Made by a program: the position numbers and the translations under genes. 64,000 nucleotides of DNA from a virus (lineage: Duplodnaviria > Caudoviricetes), in the IMG/VR virus record IMGVR_UViG_2802429733_000002, positions 1 through 64,000 of that record. One strand, given 5' to 3'. The notes beneath the pieces were generated by a model that worked only from the letters and a program-made list of their open reading frames with translations, did no database searches and was not told the DNA's origin. Positions within the stretch are counted from its first letter, which is position 1; every line of letters begins with the position of its first letter. This document shows positions 37,072 to 46,896 of the stretch, piece after piece.

Positions 37072-37614
37072 CTACGTGTAGAGGGTCGGGAAGTTGTCGC
37101 GGTCGAAGAAGGCATTCGGCCCCGTCGGGACGTTTAGATTGCTGCCGTCGACGTATTCGAGCTTGCCCTCGGCGGACGCGCCGTCGAGGCTGGCCTCCTC
37201 GAACTCGAGGCCGGGGATCACGGAATTCGGCTTGCCGAGGGCGGCGAGGCCGGCGGAGCCGATCACGTATTCCCGCACGGTCGCTCGGATCGGCTCGTCG
37301 TAGTCGAGCGCGGATTTCAGCTGCGCGTAGATCTGGCTGGACGCACCATCGATCCGCAGGCGCCCCTCGGTTGGGCCGTCCTTCTCGGCGCCAGGCCGGA
37401 TGAACGAGAAGAAGCACAGGGCGTGGTCGACGATGCTGTTGTCCTCGAGGCGGAGCGAGACGACGCTCTCGACCTCCTGCGGCTCGCCGATCACCATCGC
37501 GAGGCGGACGGGAACGGTGAAGCCGACATGGCTCAACTCGATCGTCTGGACGACGGTCTTGTCGAACCCGCCGGAGGAGTTCGCCTCCCGCATCGCGGCA
37601 TCGTAGATGCTCAA
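37072..37614 (-). CDS. DUF1833-like tail tip protein (lambda L-position)
   Basis: QTIELSH..F..PVRL, LRIDGAS, ATVREYV, position after Dit. Confidence 0.7.
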   Translation of the reverse strand: MSIYDAAMREANSSGGFDKTVVQTIELSHVGFTVPVRLAMVIGEPQEVESVVSLRLEDNSIVDHALCFFSFIRPGAEKDGPTEGRLRIDGASSQIYAQLKSALDYDEPIRATVREYVIGSAGLAALGKPNSVIPGLEFEEASLDGASAEGKLEYVDGSNLNVPTGPNAFFDRDNFPTLYT

Positions 37615-38738
37615 GACACGGCTCCGACGGCCCGGAGATAGTCGCCGACCTGCCGGTACATGCCGGCAGCCTGCTCAGGCGTCACGGACGTCCCGATCAT
37701 GACCGCCGCGATCTGACGGGCGGAGAAGGCGTTCATCGATCGCAGGATCGACATGTTCCCGCTGCCGAACGCCGTCGGGGCCTCGGTCTGCGTCGCGAGC
37801 AATTCGCCGTTCCGGTAGATGTTCACCGCGTTGCCGTTGCGGGAGAAGCCGAAGAGGCCCTGGCCAACGGTGTTCGGCGTGTCGAACTGCGTCGACGAGT
37901 TGGCCCGCACGCGGAAGATCGTCCCGTTCGAGATCTGAAGGCTCGAGAGCGTGCTGCCGATCGTCCCGAACTCGCGGCCGGTATCGGCGCCGGTCGTCAG
38001 GGACCAGACGAAGACCGACATGTTGTCGGGCGTGACGCCGGGTACGCTGGCGAGCGTGCCGCCGAGATCGAGGTGGCCCGAGACGCCGTCACCCTTGAAG
38101 CCGCGATTGATGCTGAAGGCGGGCACCGTGTCGCCGCCGAGCGCCGCGGTATAGGTGCCAGGCGCCTTCATGTTCGTCCGGCCGATCGACGAGAAGCGGT
38201 TGGCGAAGAGGTAGGCGATGCGGAGGCTGTCCCACACGCCGTCCTGCTTCATCCCGGCGATGAAGGCGTTGGCCCGGACCCGCCTCTCGTCGTCCCAGTT
38301 CTGCTCGCCGGTCGTCGCGAACAGCGCGCGCGCCTCGTCCTCGTATCCCCGCCAGTTCCAGACCTTCACGACCAAGCTGATGATGGCCGTGTTCCACGTC
38401 ATGTAGCTCAAAGGGGCAAAGCCATTCTCGCCGATCGAGAACTGGCACTTCCTCGGCACGATCAGGCCATTCGGGAGAACGACGGGCGCCGTGAAGGGCG
38501 TGACGCCCATGTTGAGACCGAACTCGACGAAGTTGTCGAAGATCGGGAGCTTGTCCAGCGAGAGATGAAGATCGATGCTGAGAGGGGTCGGAGGGCGGCC
38601 GATGTACTTCCGCCGCATCCGCTCGTTCCCGCCCTCGAAGGGCGAGACCACAGCAGCTGGGTAAAGCCCCGGCGATCCACTACCCTGAACGCTGCCTCGG
38701 AGCGGAGGCAGAGACGCGGGCCAAACCGGGAGCGCCAT
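37611..38738 (-). CDS. Distal tail protein-like N-terminus fused to LamG/ConA-like domain
   Basis: MALPVWPASLP...FEGGNERMRR N-terminus immediately after TMP; C-terminal GFKGDGVSGHLDL and beta-sandwich-like region. Confidence 0.65.
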   Translation of the reverse strand: MALPVWPASLPPLRGSVQGSGSPGLYPAAVVSPFEGGNERMRRKYIGRPPTPLSIDLHLSLDKLPIFDNFVEFGLNMGVTPFTAPVVLPNGLIVPRKCQFSIGENGFAPLSYMTWNTAIISLVVKVWNWRGYEDEARALFATTGEQNWDDERRVRANAFIAGMKQDGVWDSLRIAYLFANRFSSIGRTNMKAPGTYTAALGGDTVPAFSINRGFKGDGVSGHLDLGGTLASVPGVTPDNMSVFVWSLTTGADTGREFGTIGSTLSSLQISNGTIFRVRANSSTQFDTPNTVGQGLFGFSRNGNAVNIYRNGELLATQTEAPTAFGSGNMSILRSMNAFSARQIAAVMIGTSVTPEQAAGMYRQVGDYLRAVGAVS

Positions 38739-38739
38739 C

Positions 38740-41700
38740 TCAGCCCCGGTTCATCGCGGCTTGGTTCGTCAGGAAGACGTCCTTCGCCTCCCCGCGATTC
38801 CGGCCCGCTTTCGAGGCCATGCGCCGCTCGGCGGCCCGCACGAAGGTCTCGAGCTGGATCTGTCCGTCCGGCCCGCGCGTCTCACGCTGCTCGACCTGCG
38901 CCCCAGCGTAGTTGTGAACGGTATTGGAGACCTGGATGGGCGCGCCGCCGCCCGCATTGCTCGGCATGACTGGAGCCGCATACGTCGTTGCCGGCCAGAC
39001 CTCCCCGCCAACCGCGTACCCGGCCACGCCGCGACGCATGGCGTCGACGACTTGGGGCCCGCCCGCGCGAGCGACGTCGTGCTGCGACCAGACGACCTCG
39101 CCAGCGTGGACGATGCCGCGCGGCTCGTACATGCCGCCGGGGCCGGTATAGCCGCCGCCCGAAAAGCCGGTCGAGGGTCCGGCCGCGCTCGCACCGCTCG
39201 CTCCGAAGAGGCTGAACGCGCCCTTCCCGACGGAGCCGAGCACATCGACGAGGCCCGTCAGCGCCCCGCCGAGGGCCGGTGTCTTCGTCGCGACCGTGTC
39301 CTTGAAGACGTCGATGGCACCGCCGGCCGCATTGGTCGCCGTCTCGATCGGCTGCGTGATCTGGTGCTCAAGGCCATTCCTCATGACCTGCGCCCTGCGC
39401 TCCAAGCCTTCGCGAAGGAAGCCGAGCCCACCGGCTCCAGTCGCGCTCGTCGAGTAGTCGTCGCTCAGCCGCCCTCCGACCTTCGAACCAGCCTCAGGGA
39501 ACCTCCATTGCTCCTCCCAGTAGGAAATTGGCCGGTTGAGAGCCGGCATATTCACCCGGCGCTGAAGCTCTGCCGAGCTCGGCGGTATCAGATCGCGGCT
39601 CAGCGAAGGCGGCTGAAGCTGGACCGGTTCACCACGCTGGAAGGGCGAAAGCGGCGAGCTCGTGACACTCGCGACCGGATATGGGGTGATTGGCGTCTGT
39701 TCCCTGTACGGGAGGATCACACCCGGGTCCGACGTGATCGGCGAACCGGAGCCGCTGCGGGTGAAGCTCAAGACGCGGCCGCCCGACGAAACGATCGTCC
39801 CGGCCGCCGACATGGGCGCCTGGACGGTTGCTCCGCCACCGATACCCGCCATGCCCGCGGCCCCTCGCCCTCCCAGCCCTGGGATGAGCCCGCCGATGCC
39901 TGCACCGCCGATGTTCACGACACCGGCGGTGACGGACATCGTACCCGTGGCCGTCTGGCCGATGCCAAGTACCTTGGAGGCGACGTCTCCTAGCGAGCCG
40001 GTCTGACCATTCGCACCCATGAGCGCCGGCAAGCCGGTGCCCTGGAGCAACCCGCTGAGCCATCCACCGTTGCCGGTCCCGTCTCGGCCCATCAGGCCCT
40101 CGATCAGCGGCTTGCTGATCATCCGCTCGAACATCTGATCCTGCATCCGGCCGAGGCCGTTTATAAGCCCGTCGATAGGGCTCTTGCCCTGCCGCAGGTC
40201 GCTGAACATGCCGGTGAGGAGGCCGCGGGAGCCGGACCGCATCTCGTCCATGCCGGCGATCGCGTTCTGCTGCGATAGCGCCAGCTCGTCCGTCGCGGCC
40301 TTGGCGCGACCCATCTGAGCCGCGAGGGCCTCCCAGCCGGCGCCGTATCGGTCGGTCACGGACTGACCGTAGCGAGTTGCCTCATTCAGCATATCGAGCC
40401 GGGCGCGCATCGTCTCCACCGCCTCAGGCGCCTGCCCGAAGCTGTCGCGCTGGAATTCGAAGCCGCGTCGCATCTCCTCGAGGCGCATGTTGAAGTCGCG
40501 CTGCGGCACGAACGAGTTCTCGATGCTTGCCTCGCGGCGGCGGTTGGCAAACCGCTCCCGAATGTCGGCGATGGTCTTCGCCGAAGCGCCACGGTTGCGC
40601 AGCAGTTCTTCCGTCTCTTCGTTGGCAATAGCCTGCATCGTCCGCTGCATCGGCAACAGACCTGCGGTCTTGAGAGAGTACTGCGACTGCCGGAGGGCAT
40701 CGGCGGCGGCCTTCTCGTAGCGCGCCAGTGCCTCGGTCGTGGCCAAGATCGCGTCGGTTTCGGCGCGATAGGCCTTCGTGATGTCGCCCTTTGCCTCGAG
40801 CCGCTTCTGGTCCGCAGCAATCGCGGCTTCCTCACCGGCCGTCAGCGCCCGGATCGAGCGCAGATTGATCTCGTGCTGCTCGGACGCCCGCTGGTCGGCC
40901 GAGATACTCGTCTCCTTTGCCTTCCCAGCCCTCTCGATGATCTCGCGGTACTTGTCCGCGGAAATGCCCGCCTTCTCAAGATTCTTGATGACGTCAGGGT
41001 CGTTACGGGACGCAAACAGCTTGTCGAAAGAAATTCCGAGCTCGCGCAACTTGCCAATGTCAGGGTCAATACCCTCGGCAATACCCTGGATGTCGCGCGA
41101 CGCTGCGGCAGCATCCTCCTCCCGCTTACGCCGGTCCGCATCGCGCTGCTGCATAGCCGCGACTGTCGCGTTCATGGCTTGCTGGGCGCCGATCTGGCCC
41201 ATCCGTTGGGGGTCAGCTCGGTCGGTGATGCTCACCTCGGGTGGCCGAACGCCCTTGTTCAAAGTTTCGATGAGCGCATCGAGCCCCTTCTTTGCAGTGT
41301 CCCAAAGCAGTGGCAGGCCGGACAGTATCTCGCGGTGATTGGCGAGGCGCTTCGAAAACGCGTCCATAAGGGCGGTGGACGCCGTCAATCGGTTGCCGGA
41401 CAGAGCCTGAGTCCGAATGAACGTCGCCGTGCCCGCATCGACCCGACCGAGGCGCTCTTCCAGCATCTCAAGGCCACGAACGGGATCGGCAATAGCCTGA
41501 GCCCATTCCTTGCTGCCTTCTACCGCGTCCTGACCTGTCGTGATTGAGTAATCGCGGGCCGACTGCATCACCCGGTCCATCAGGCCCGAATCGCGGATCC
41601 CAGAGCGGGCGACCACCCCGGCGAGATCGCGGGCGCCCCCGTATGTCAGATTCCCCGGGCCGGCGTTCCTCTCGGCAAGTTCATTCAGGCCCTGCAGCGT

Positions 41701-43107
41701 CAGTCCCGAACCGTAGCCGCGACCGGTCAGCGAGATCCTGAGTTGCTGCTGAGCAGCCTCAAGCCGATAGACGCTGTAAGCCGCCGCCCCCGCCAGCGCG
41801 ACGAGCCCGCCGAACGCGACGCGCGCGGGCGTGACCATGCCCAGCAGGTCATCCTTCAGCGCCTTCAAGCCGCCACGGACGCCGCCCTCGTGATCGCCGA
41901 GGATCTGGGCGATCTGTGGGCCCTGCTGTGCGGCGACCATGAACGGCGATTGCCCCATGATGAGGCCGCCGATCACGTCATTGGCTTGATAGGCAAGGTT
42001 CGTCCGCTGGTGAGCCCGGAACCCGCCCTTGCCGGCGCCGAAGTCCTGGTTGACCCGGCGGAGGACATCGGCCTCGTGCTCCACGATCGCGAGGTACTGC
42101 GCCTCGCTGATCCGCCGCTGGTCGACCAGTCGCTTCGCGTCGGCGAGGGCTTGATTATGGCGCTCCTGAGCCGCCCCGAGCGGATCGGCGCGCTGCAGAA
42201 GCTCGTTCCGGGTCCGACCGAGGCGGTCGAACTCGACCTGCTGCTCGCGGAGCGCCTCGGTGACGCGATCGGCCTCGGCGCGAAGGGCGCGCTGCTCCTC
42301 GACAGCCCTATCGGCGAGAGCGGAGAAGGATGCGCCTCGGCTTGTGGCGGCCGGGCCGCCGATGCCGAAGCGCTCGTTCAGCGAGCGACCGAACTCGCCG
42401 CGCTCCTGCTGGTATCGAGCCGTGTCGATTGCCGCCCGCCGCTCCTGCTCTTCCTGGCGCCTCTGGGCGATCTGACGCTCGCGCAGGACCATGGCCCGAT
42501 CGATGGCCGCCTGTTCGGCCTGCTCTTGCCGAGCCCGCTCCTCAAGAGCCGAGAACGATGCGCCCTGAGACGTAGCCGCCGGGCGCTCAGCGCCCACGCG
42601 CTCGCGGAAAGAGCGCCCGAACTCCGCGGAGTTCTGAGCGTGGCGCGCGGCCTCGATCCGCTCCCGATACTCCTGCCATGCCCTGGAACTGTCGGCGATG
42701 CGCCGCTGGGTCGTCTGGAGCGCCCGGTCGATCGCAGCGGACTCCGCCGCCACACGGGCCATCTCGGCGCGGACCTCGGGCAGCTTCTTGCGCGCCAGTT
42801 CGAAGTTGCGGCCGAACTGCTGAACGCCGATCCCTTGCCCCAGCGCCTGGTCGAGCGCCTTCACATCGCGCTCGAACTGCTTGAGCTCGCGGTAGCCGGG
42901 GACGGTGCGCTTCAGGAAGCTGTCGTAGGCGCGTTCCGTCGAGATGACGGACTTCTCATTGCGGTCGAGAGCTTGGCCCGCGGACGAGGCGGCACGCGCC
43001 ATCTCCTCGAAGCCGCCCTGCATAGCGCGCAGTTTCGCCGCGGCCTCGGATGCGCCCGGCACATCCGCGCGCATCTCCAGGCGCCTGATGACGTCTAGAT
43101 TGGGCAT
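38740..43107 (-). CDS. Tape measure protein (1455 aa)
   Basis: NLAYQANDVIGGLIMGQSPFMVAAQQGPQIAQI (lambda-type TMP motif); C-terminal GFSGGGYTGPGG..EPRGIVHAGEVV. Confidence 0.95.
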   Translation of the reverse strand: MPNLDVIRRLEMRADVPGASEAAAKLRAMQGGFEEMARAASSAGQALDRNEKSVISTERAYDSFLKRTVPGYRELKQFERDVKALDQALGQGIGVQQFGRNFELARKKLPEVRAEMARVAAESAAIDRALQTTQRRIADSSRAWQEYRERIEAARHAQNSAEFGRSFRERVGAERPAATSQGASFSALEERARQEQAEQAAIDRAMVLRERQIAQRRQEEQERRAAIDTARYQQERGEFGRSLNERFGIGGPAATSRGASFSALADRAVEEQRALRAEADRVTEALREQQVEFDRLGRTRNELLQRADPLGAAQERHNQALADAKRLVDQRRISEAQYLAIVEHEADVLRRVNQDFGAGKGGFRAHQRTNLAYQANDVIGGLIMGQSPFMVAAQQGPQIAQILGDHEGGVRGGLKALKDDLLGMVTPARVAFGGLVALAGAAAYSVYRLEAAQQQLRISLTGRGYGSGLTLQGLNELAERNAGPGNLTYGGARDLAGVVARSGIRDSGLMDRVMQSARDYSITTGQDAVEGSKEWAQAIADPVRGLEMLEERLGRVDAGTATFIRTQALSGNRLTASTALMDAFSKRLANHREILSGLPLLWDTAKKGLDALIETLNKGVRPPEVSITDRADPQRMGQIGAQQAMNATVAAMQQRDADRRKREEDAAAASRDIQGIAEGIDPDIGKLRELGISFDKLFASRNDPDVIKNLEKAGISADKYREIIERAGKAKETSISADQRASEQHEINLRSIRALTAGEEAAIAADQKRLEAKGDITKAYRAETDAILATTEALARYEKAAADALRQSQYSLKTAGLLPMQRTMQAIANEETEELLRNRGASAKTIADIRERFANRRREASIENSFVPQRDFNMRLEEMRRGFEFQRDSFGQAPEAVETMRARLDMLNEATRYGQSVTDRYGAGWEALAAQMGRAKAATDELALSQQNAIAGMDEMRSGSRGLLTGMFSDLRQGKSPIDGLINGLGRMQDQMFERMISKPLIEGLMGRDGTGNGGWLSGLLQGTGLPALMGANGQTGSLGDVASKVLGIGQTATGTMSVTAGVVNIGGAGIGGLIPGLGGRGAAGMAGIGGGATVQAPMSAAGTIVSSGGRVLSFTRSGSGSPITSDPGVILPYREQTPITPYPVASVTSSPLSPFQRGEPVQLQPPSLSRDLIPPSSAELQRRVNMPALNRPISYWEEQWRFPEAGSKVGGRLSDDYSTSATGAGGLGFLREGLERRAQVMRNGLEHQITQPIETATNAAGGAIDVFKDTVATKTPALGGALTGLVDVLGSVGKGAFSLFGASGASAAGPSTGFSGGGYTGPGGMYEPRGIVHAGEVVWSQHDVARAGGPQVVDAMRRGVAGYAVGGEVWPATTYAAPVMPSNAGGGAPIQVSNTVHNYAGAQVEQRETRGPDGQIQLETFVRAAERRMASKAGRNRGEAKDVFLTNQAAMNRG

Positions 43108-43460
43108 CTACGATGGCTTCCGTTGCCGTCTCGCCTCGGCCTCTTGGCGCCGGCGAGCGTCGTCGAGCCAGACCTTGTCCATCGCGCCGATAAGGCGATG
43201 GAGGCGATCGAACTCGTCGATGTCGATGATCCCGCAGCGGCGGGCATAGGCGTCGAGCGCCTGGAATGGGATCGGCCCGACTGAGCCGAACCCAAGATGG
43301 CGGTCCCCCTGCAGTGCCCAGAACGATGACCACGCGAAATGCAGGTGGTCAGGGAGTTCCGGCCGCTTCGCGAGGGGCGTGTCGTTGTCGCCCTCGGCGG
43401 CCCAGAGTTCGAAGACCTCGATCTTCGAGCCCCATGCCAATTGCCACTCGAGGGCGGCCG
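43108..43460 (-). CDS. Tail assembly chaperone downstream (T-like) frame
   Basis: Open -1 frame relative to the TAC gene, no own start; AWSSFWALQGDR..GFG..GPIPF..LDAYARRCG. Confidence 0.6.
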
Positions 43461-43859
43461 TCAGTCCCGGCTGTCGGCCTCGATGTCCTTGGCGTCGCCG
43501 TTGGACACCTCGCTCGCGGCCCATACGACACCCGCCCGAAACAGCGCGTAGTCCTTGTCCGCCAGCCACGTGTCAGCCTGCTCGCGCGAGTAAGGCACCG
43601 CCTTGTCGTTGTCGTCGGTGAAGCCGCCCCAGTCGACGAGGATCGCCTCCCGAAGGCGTTCGGTCATGTTGGCGGCGGCGGCGTCGTTCGTGATCGTGCC
43701 GCGCCGCAGCCGGTTCTGCTTGTCGATGATGCGCTGGTCGTCCTTGTTGCCGAAGGCGCGCACCTTGACCCAGGCATCCTCGAAACGGGGGTCGAAATCG
43801 GCGAGGCGGACGCGGACGCCGGCTTCGGCCTTCGCGCTGTCGATCTTGATGGCGGACAT
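43461..43859 (-). CDS. Tail assembly chaperone (G-like)
   Basis: WVKVRAFGN...ILVDWGGFTDD...VPYS; position between tube and TMP. Confidence 0.8.
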   Translation of the reverse strand: MSAIKIDSAKAEAGVRVRLADFDPRFEDAWVKVRAFGNKDDQRIIDKQNRLRRGTITNDAAAANMTERLREAILVDWGGFTDDNDKAVPYSREQADTWLADKDYALFRAGVVWAASEVSNGDAKDIEADSRD

Positions 43860-43861
43860 CT

Positions 43862-44065
43862 TCACGGGCGGACGCTCCTCTTGGCCGGCGCCGCCTCGGG
43901 CGCAGGCCTTTCCTCGACTTTGGGTTCAGGCTCCTTCGCGTGGCCTTTGCCGATAGCGAGATCGGCGAAGTCGTCGGGAACCTCGACTACCTGCCCCTTC
44001 TCGAACGCGCGCTTTCGGCCGCTCGGATAGCCGGTGAAGTCCTCGGTTATTTTCACGACACGCAT
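43862..44065 (-). CDS. Small hypothetical virion-operon protein
   Basis: MRVVKITEDFTGYP...VEVPDDFADLAIGKGHA. Confidence 0.6.
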   Translation of the reverse strand: MRVVKITEDFTGYPSGRKRAFEKGQVVEVPDDFADLAIGKGHAKEPEPKVEERPAPEAAPAKRSVRP

Positions 44066-44066
44066 C

Positions 44067-44672
44067 TTAAACCTCTCCAGGCAAGATATGTTTCCAGTTG
44101 TGACCGGCATGTATGCTGTGAATGGTGCGCTGGCTTACGCCATAGAGACGACCAATCTCGCGTTGACTGATCGTCTTTGCCCTTGCCATGTCTCGTATCT
44201 CTAGAACTTGGGCGACAGACAGCTTCGCCTGAGTGTGACGTTCGCCGCAAAGTAACGTTCCGTGCGCCCTTTTCTCGATGTTGTTCTGCTGCGCGGTCGC
44301 CCAACGAAGGTGGAGCGGATTCACGCAGCCATGCTGTCCGCGCCCACAAGAGTGCGCGGCGTGCACCTTGGACCCCTCACCCGGGCACGGTCCGTGAACC
44401 AGGATGCACATCACGCGGCTGGCGTGTTGGATACGCCCTTCGTAGGTCACTTCGCCGTAACCGGCGGTGTTTCGCCCGAACGGCCACGACAAGCACTCGT
44501 CCGAAGAATGGTCTACGTGAGCGCGGAGCCATTCAAGAAGGTCGCCGTGCAGCTTCCGACGGACGCATGCGGAGCCCGTTCTCATAAGCCTTCGATAGTG
44601 GGTGTTGCAGTACCCGCGAGCGCGCGACGGCTTGTTGCACCCATCCAAAGCGCATAAACGGCCAGAAGCCAT
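44067..44672 (-). CDS. Free-standing HNH homing endonuclease
   Basis: ATG 44672 with GGAGG RBS; CALDGC...GYCNTHY, AHSC....CVNPLHLRWAT...N (HNH_3-like), C-terminal HTH; lower GC. Confidence 0.9.
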   Translation of the reverse strand: MASGRLCALDGCNKPSRARGYCNTHYRRLMRTGSACVRRKLHGDLLEWLRAHVDHSSDECLSWPFGRNTAGYGEVTYEGRIQHASRVMCILVHGPCPGEGSKVHAAHSCGRGQHGCVNPLHLRWATAQQNNIEKRAHGTLLCGERHTQAKLSVAQVLEIRDMARAKTISQREIGRLYGVSQRTIHSIHAGHNWKHILPGEV

Positions 44673-44701
44673 GCCGAACCTCCAATGTTCGTCATCGGTT
44701 A

Positions 44702-44735
44702 GAGCCCGCACATCGTTGACGCGATGTGCGGGCTC
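44702..44735. other. Perfect 14-bp hairpin upstream of the HNH gene
   Basis: gagcccgcacatcg-ttgacg-cgatgtgcgggctc. Confidence 0.8.
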
Positions 44736-44774
44736 GACCCTCTTAACTCATAGGCAAGCCCTATTCCACGGCGC

Positions 44775-45704
44775 TTAGGCGACGGCGCGGGTCACGACGA
44801 TCGTCGCCTGAGCGGTCGCGTCGAAGATCGCCGTGAAGGGCACGGTGATCATCACGTCGTCGTCGTTGCCGCCGGCCGGGATGTTCCCGTCGCCGAAGCG
44901 GACCTTCGGGAGATTGAAGGTGTACTTCTTGTTGGCGTCGGCCCCGATCGTGAACGAGAGCGCGCCCGATCCGTGGTCGAGAACGGCCTGGTAAATCGCC
45001 GGATCGGAGAAGTAGAGCTCCATCTGACCCGTTACCCGGCAGCGGCCAAGCCCGAACTCCTCGCTGTAGAGCGAGCCGACGACCGGGCGCTCACGCATGC
45101 CATTGTCGACGTTCAGGCTCAGCGACATCACCTTGGGGGAGGTGACGTTTGGAATTGTCAGGCTCGCGACGTGCGAGCTCGAGTTCATGATCTGCTCGGT
45201 GCTGGCCGGCGTATAGGTGGCGCCCGTCACGATGGCCGTCGCGAGCGTCTCCTTCTGTGCCATCAGGCCGAAGGAACCCTCCACCTTCGCTGCCGGGCGC
45301 AGATCCAGCGAGAAGGTGTTGAGCATGGCCCCGGTGAAGCGCGAGAAGCTGTCGGTCGCGCCCATCTCGCGGGTCTCTTCGACCGTGAAGGAGGTCCGCA
45401 GGATCCCATTCTTGAGGATGTTGGTCGCCCAGCTGCCGCAAAGCACAGCCGCGAGCCAGTCGTCGAAGGAGCCGTAGCTCATCTCGACCGGATACTCGCC
45501 GGAGGCCCGCTGCGAGACCTGGATGAGATCGGCCACGTTCCGGTCGGCGCGCAGCTCGTCCGACTCGACCGTGGCCTTGTTCGTCCGCAGGCCCGAGGCG
45601 CGCGTGGTGCGCAGCGTCTTGAGCGTCGGCGTGGCCGGCGTGACGCCCCATGCGCTCTCGGCGACGTAGGCGATGCGCGTGAGCGCGTGATCCGCGAAGG
45701 GCAT
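44775..45704 (-). CDS. Major tail tube protein
   Basis: IAYVAESAWGVTP...ESDELRADR...FSRFTG..LNTFSL; tube-family features and position. Confidence 0.85.
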   Translation of the reverse strand: MPFADHALTRIAYVAESAWGVTPATPTLKTLRTTRASGLRTNKATVESDELRADRNVADLIQVSQRASGEYPVEMSYGSFDDWLAAVLCGSWATNILKNGILRTSFTVEETREMGATDSFSRFTGAMLNTFSLDLRPAAKVEGSFGLMAQKETLATAIVTGATYTPASTEQIMNSSSHVASLTIPNVTSPKVMSLSLNVDNGMRERPVVGSLYSEEFGLGRCRVTGQMELYFSDPAIYQAVLDHGSGALSFTIGADANKKYTFNLPKVRFGDGNIPAGGNDDDVMITVPFTAIFDATAQATIVVTRAVA

Positions 45705-45742
45705 CGGGAACTCCTCAGATTGTCGTGAAGGTGGGCGGCGCG

Positions 45743-46198
45743 TCAGCCGAAGAGCGTGTGCTCGAACCCTATGGCGAGGGGCACTCGGTAGTACCCGCTC
45801 TCCTCATTGCGATCGTCCATCTGAGGGGATGTCACCGCCCAGCACTGGACCCCATCGAAGGACTGGCCGCGGAAGAGAGAGGCGAGTTCATCTGCCCAAG
45901 CGAGCGCCTGGTTCAACCCGGCGTTTCTCTCGGCGCCGATCACGAGGCGGATCACGCCCTCTTCGACCCACAGGTTGTTGCCCGGGTCTCCGATCGAACG
46001 CATTTCTTCGTTCGCCACGGGGAACTGCACCGTGATGAAGCGGCCGCCGGCAGGGTCGGCATCGCCCGTCTCGTTCGGACCAACCACCAAGACCGGATCG
46101 CCCGACGAAGGCTGCCAGTAGCGCTTGGGATCATCGGCTGGCCCCGTGAGAGGACCGAGCCTGTTCAAGACAGCGTTGACGACAGCGAGGCGGGCCAT
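45743..46198 (-). CDS. Tail terminator-like protein
   Basis: Position upstream of tube; FITVQFP...EEGVIRLVI...ADELASLFRG. Confidence 0.7.
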   Translation of the reverse strand: MARLAVVNAVLNRLGPLTGPADDPKRYWQPSSGDPVLVVGPNETGDADPAGGRFITVQFPVANEEMRSIGDPGNNLWVEEGVIRLVIGAERNAGLNQALAWADELASLFRGQSFDGVQCWAVTSPQMDDRNEESGYYRVPLAIGFEHTLFG

Positions 46199-46896
46199 CA
46201 GCGCGGCCTCACGACGACGCTGGGCTGCCTGCGGAGCCAATCCTCAGCTAGGCCAGGGCGCCCACCACGGCGGGCCTTCTGCCTACGACCACCGGGCGAT
46301 CGCGCCCATTCGTCGATCCCGCCGATAAGGAGCGATCGCCAGCTGAAGCCGATCCGAGCGACGTTGCCAAAGCGCCGCTGAGCGAGCATCGCCACCGCCT
46401 CGTAGACGCCGTCCGGGGCCTGGCTGGAGAGCCCGTTCTCGATCTTTCGAGCGTATGGCACCGTCGACGCGAACACGGCTTCCTCGAACAGCGGAGGCAG
46501 TGGCGCGCCGTCTTCTTGGGGGCGGCCGTCGATGATCAGGACGTGTGAGGAGCGATAGAGCCCGGGGTGACCAGGGCGGCGATCCCCGGCTCTGCCCACG
46601 GGCGAGTGCTTGATCAGTTGCTCGCGCACGTACTCGATGGTCGGCGAGATCAGGTCCCATTCCGCCACGATCTGACCGTCTGGGCGGACGCTGTCGAGCG
46701 ATCCACCGCGCCTCCCGTCGACGATCGTCGCATAGGGGGCGGGGCGTCCGAGGACCGCCGCGTTCACCTGATTGGCATGCCCGATCTGCTCGCGGGCGTA
46801 CTCGGCGAACGCCTTGCTGCGCTCCGCAGCGCTGAAAATCTCCGGGAAGGCGACCTCGAGCGATACGCTCGCGCCCTGGATGCGGGTCCGGGCCAT
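46198..46896 (-). CDS. Neck/tail-completion protein
   Basis: SPVG....GLYRSSH..., VPYARKIE motif, SSQAPDGVYE. Confidence 0.65.
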   Translation of the reverse strand: MARTRIQGASVSLEVAFPEIFSAAERSKAFAEYAREQIGHANQVNAAVLGRPAPYATIVDGRRGGSLDSVRPDGQIVAEWDLISPTIEYVREQLIKHSPVGRAGDRRPGHPGLYRSSHVLIIDGRPQEDGAPLPPLFEEAVFASTVPYARKIENGLSSQAPDGVYEAVAMLAQRRFGNVARIGFSWRSLLIGGIDEWARSPGGRRQKARRGGRPGLAEDWLRRQPSVVVRPR

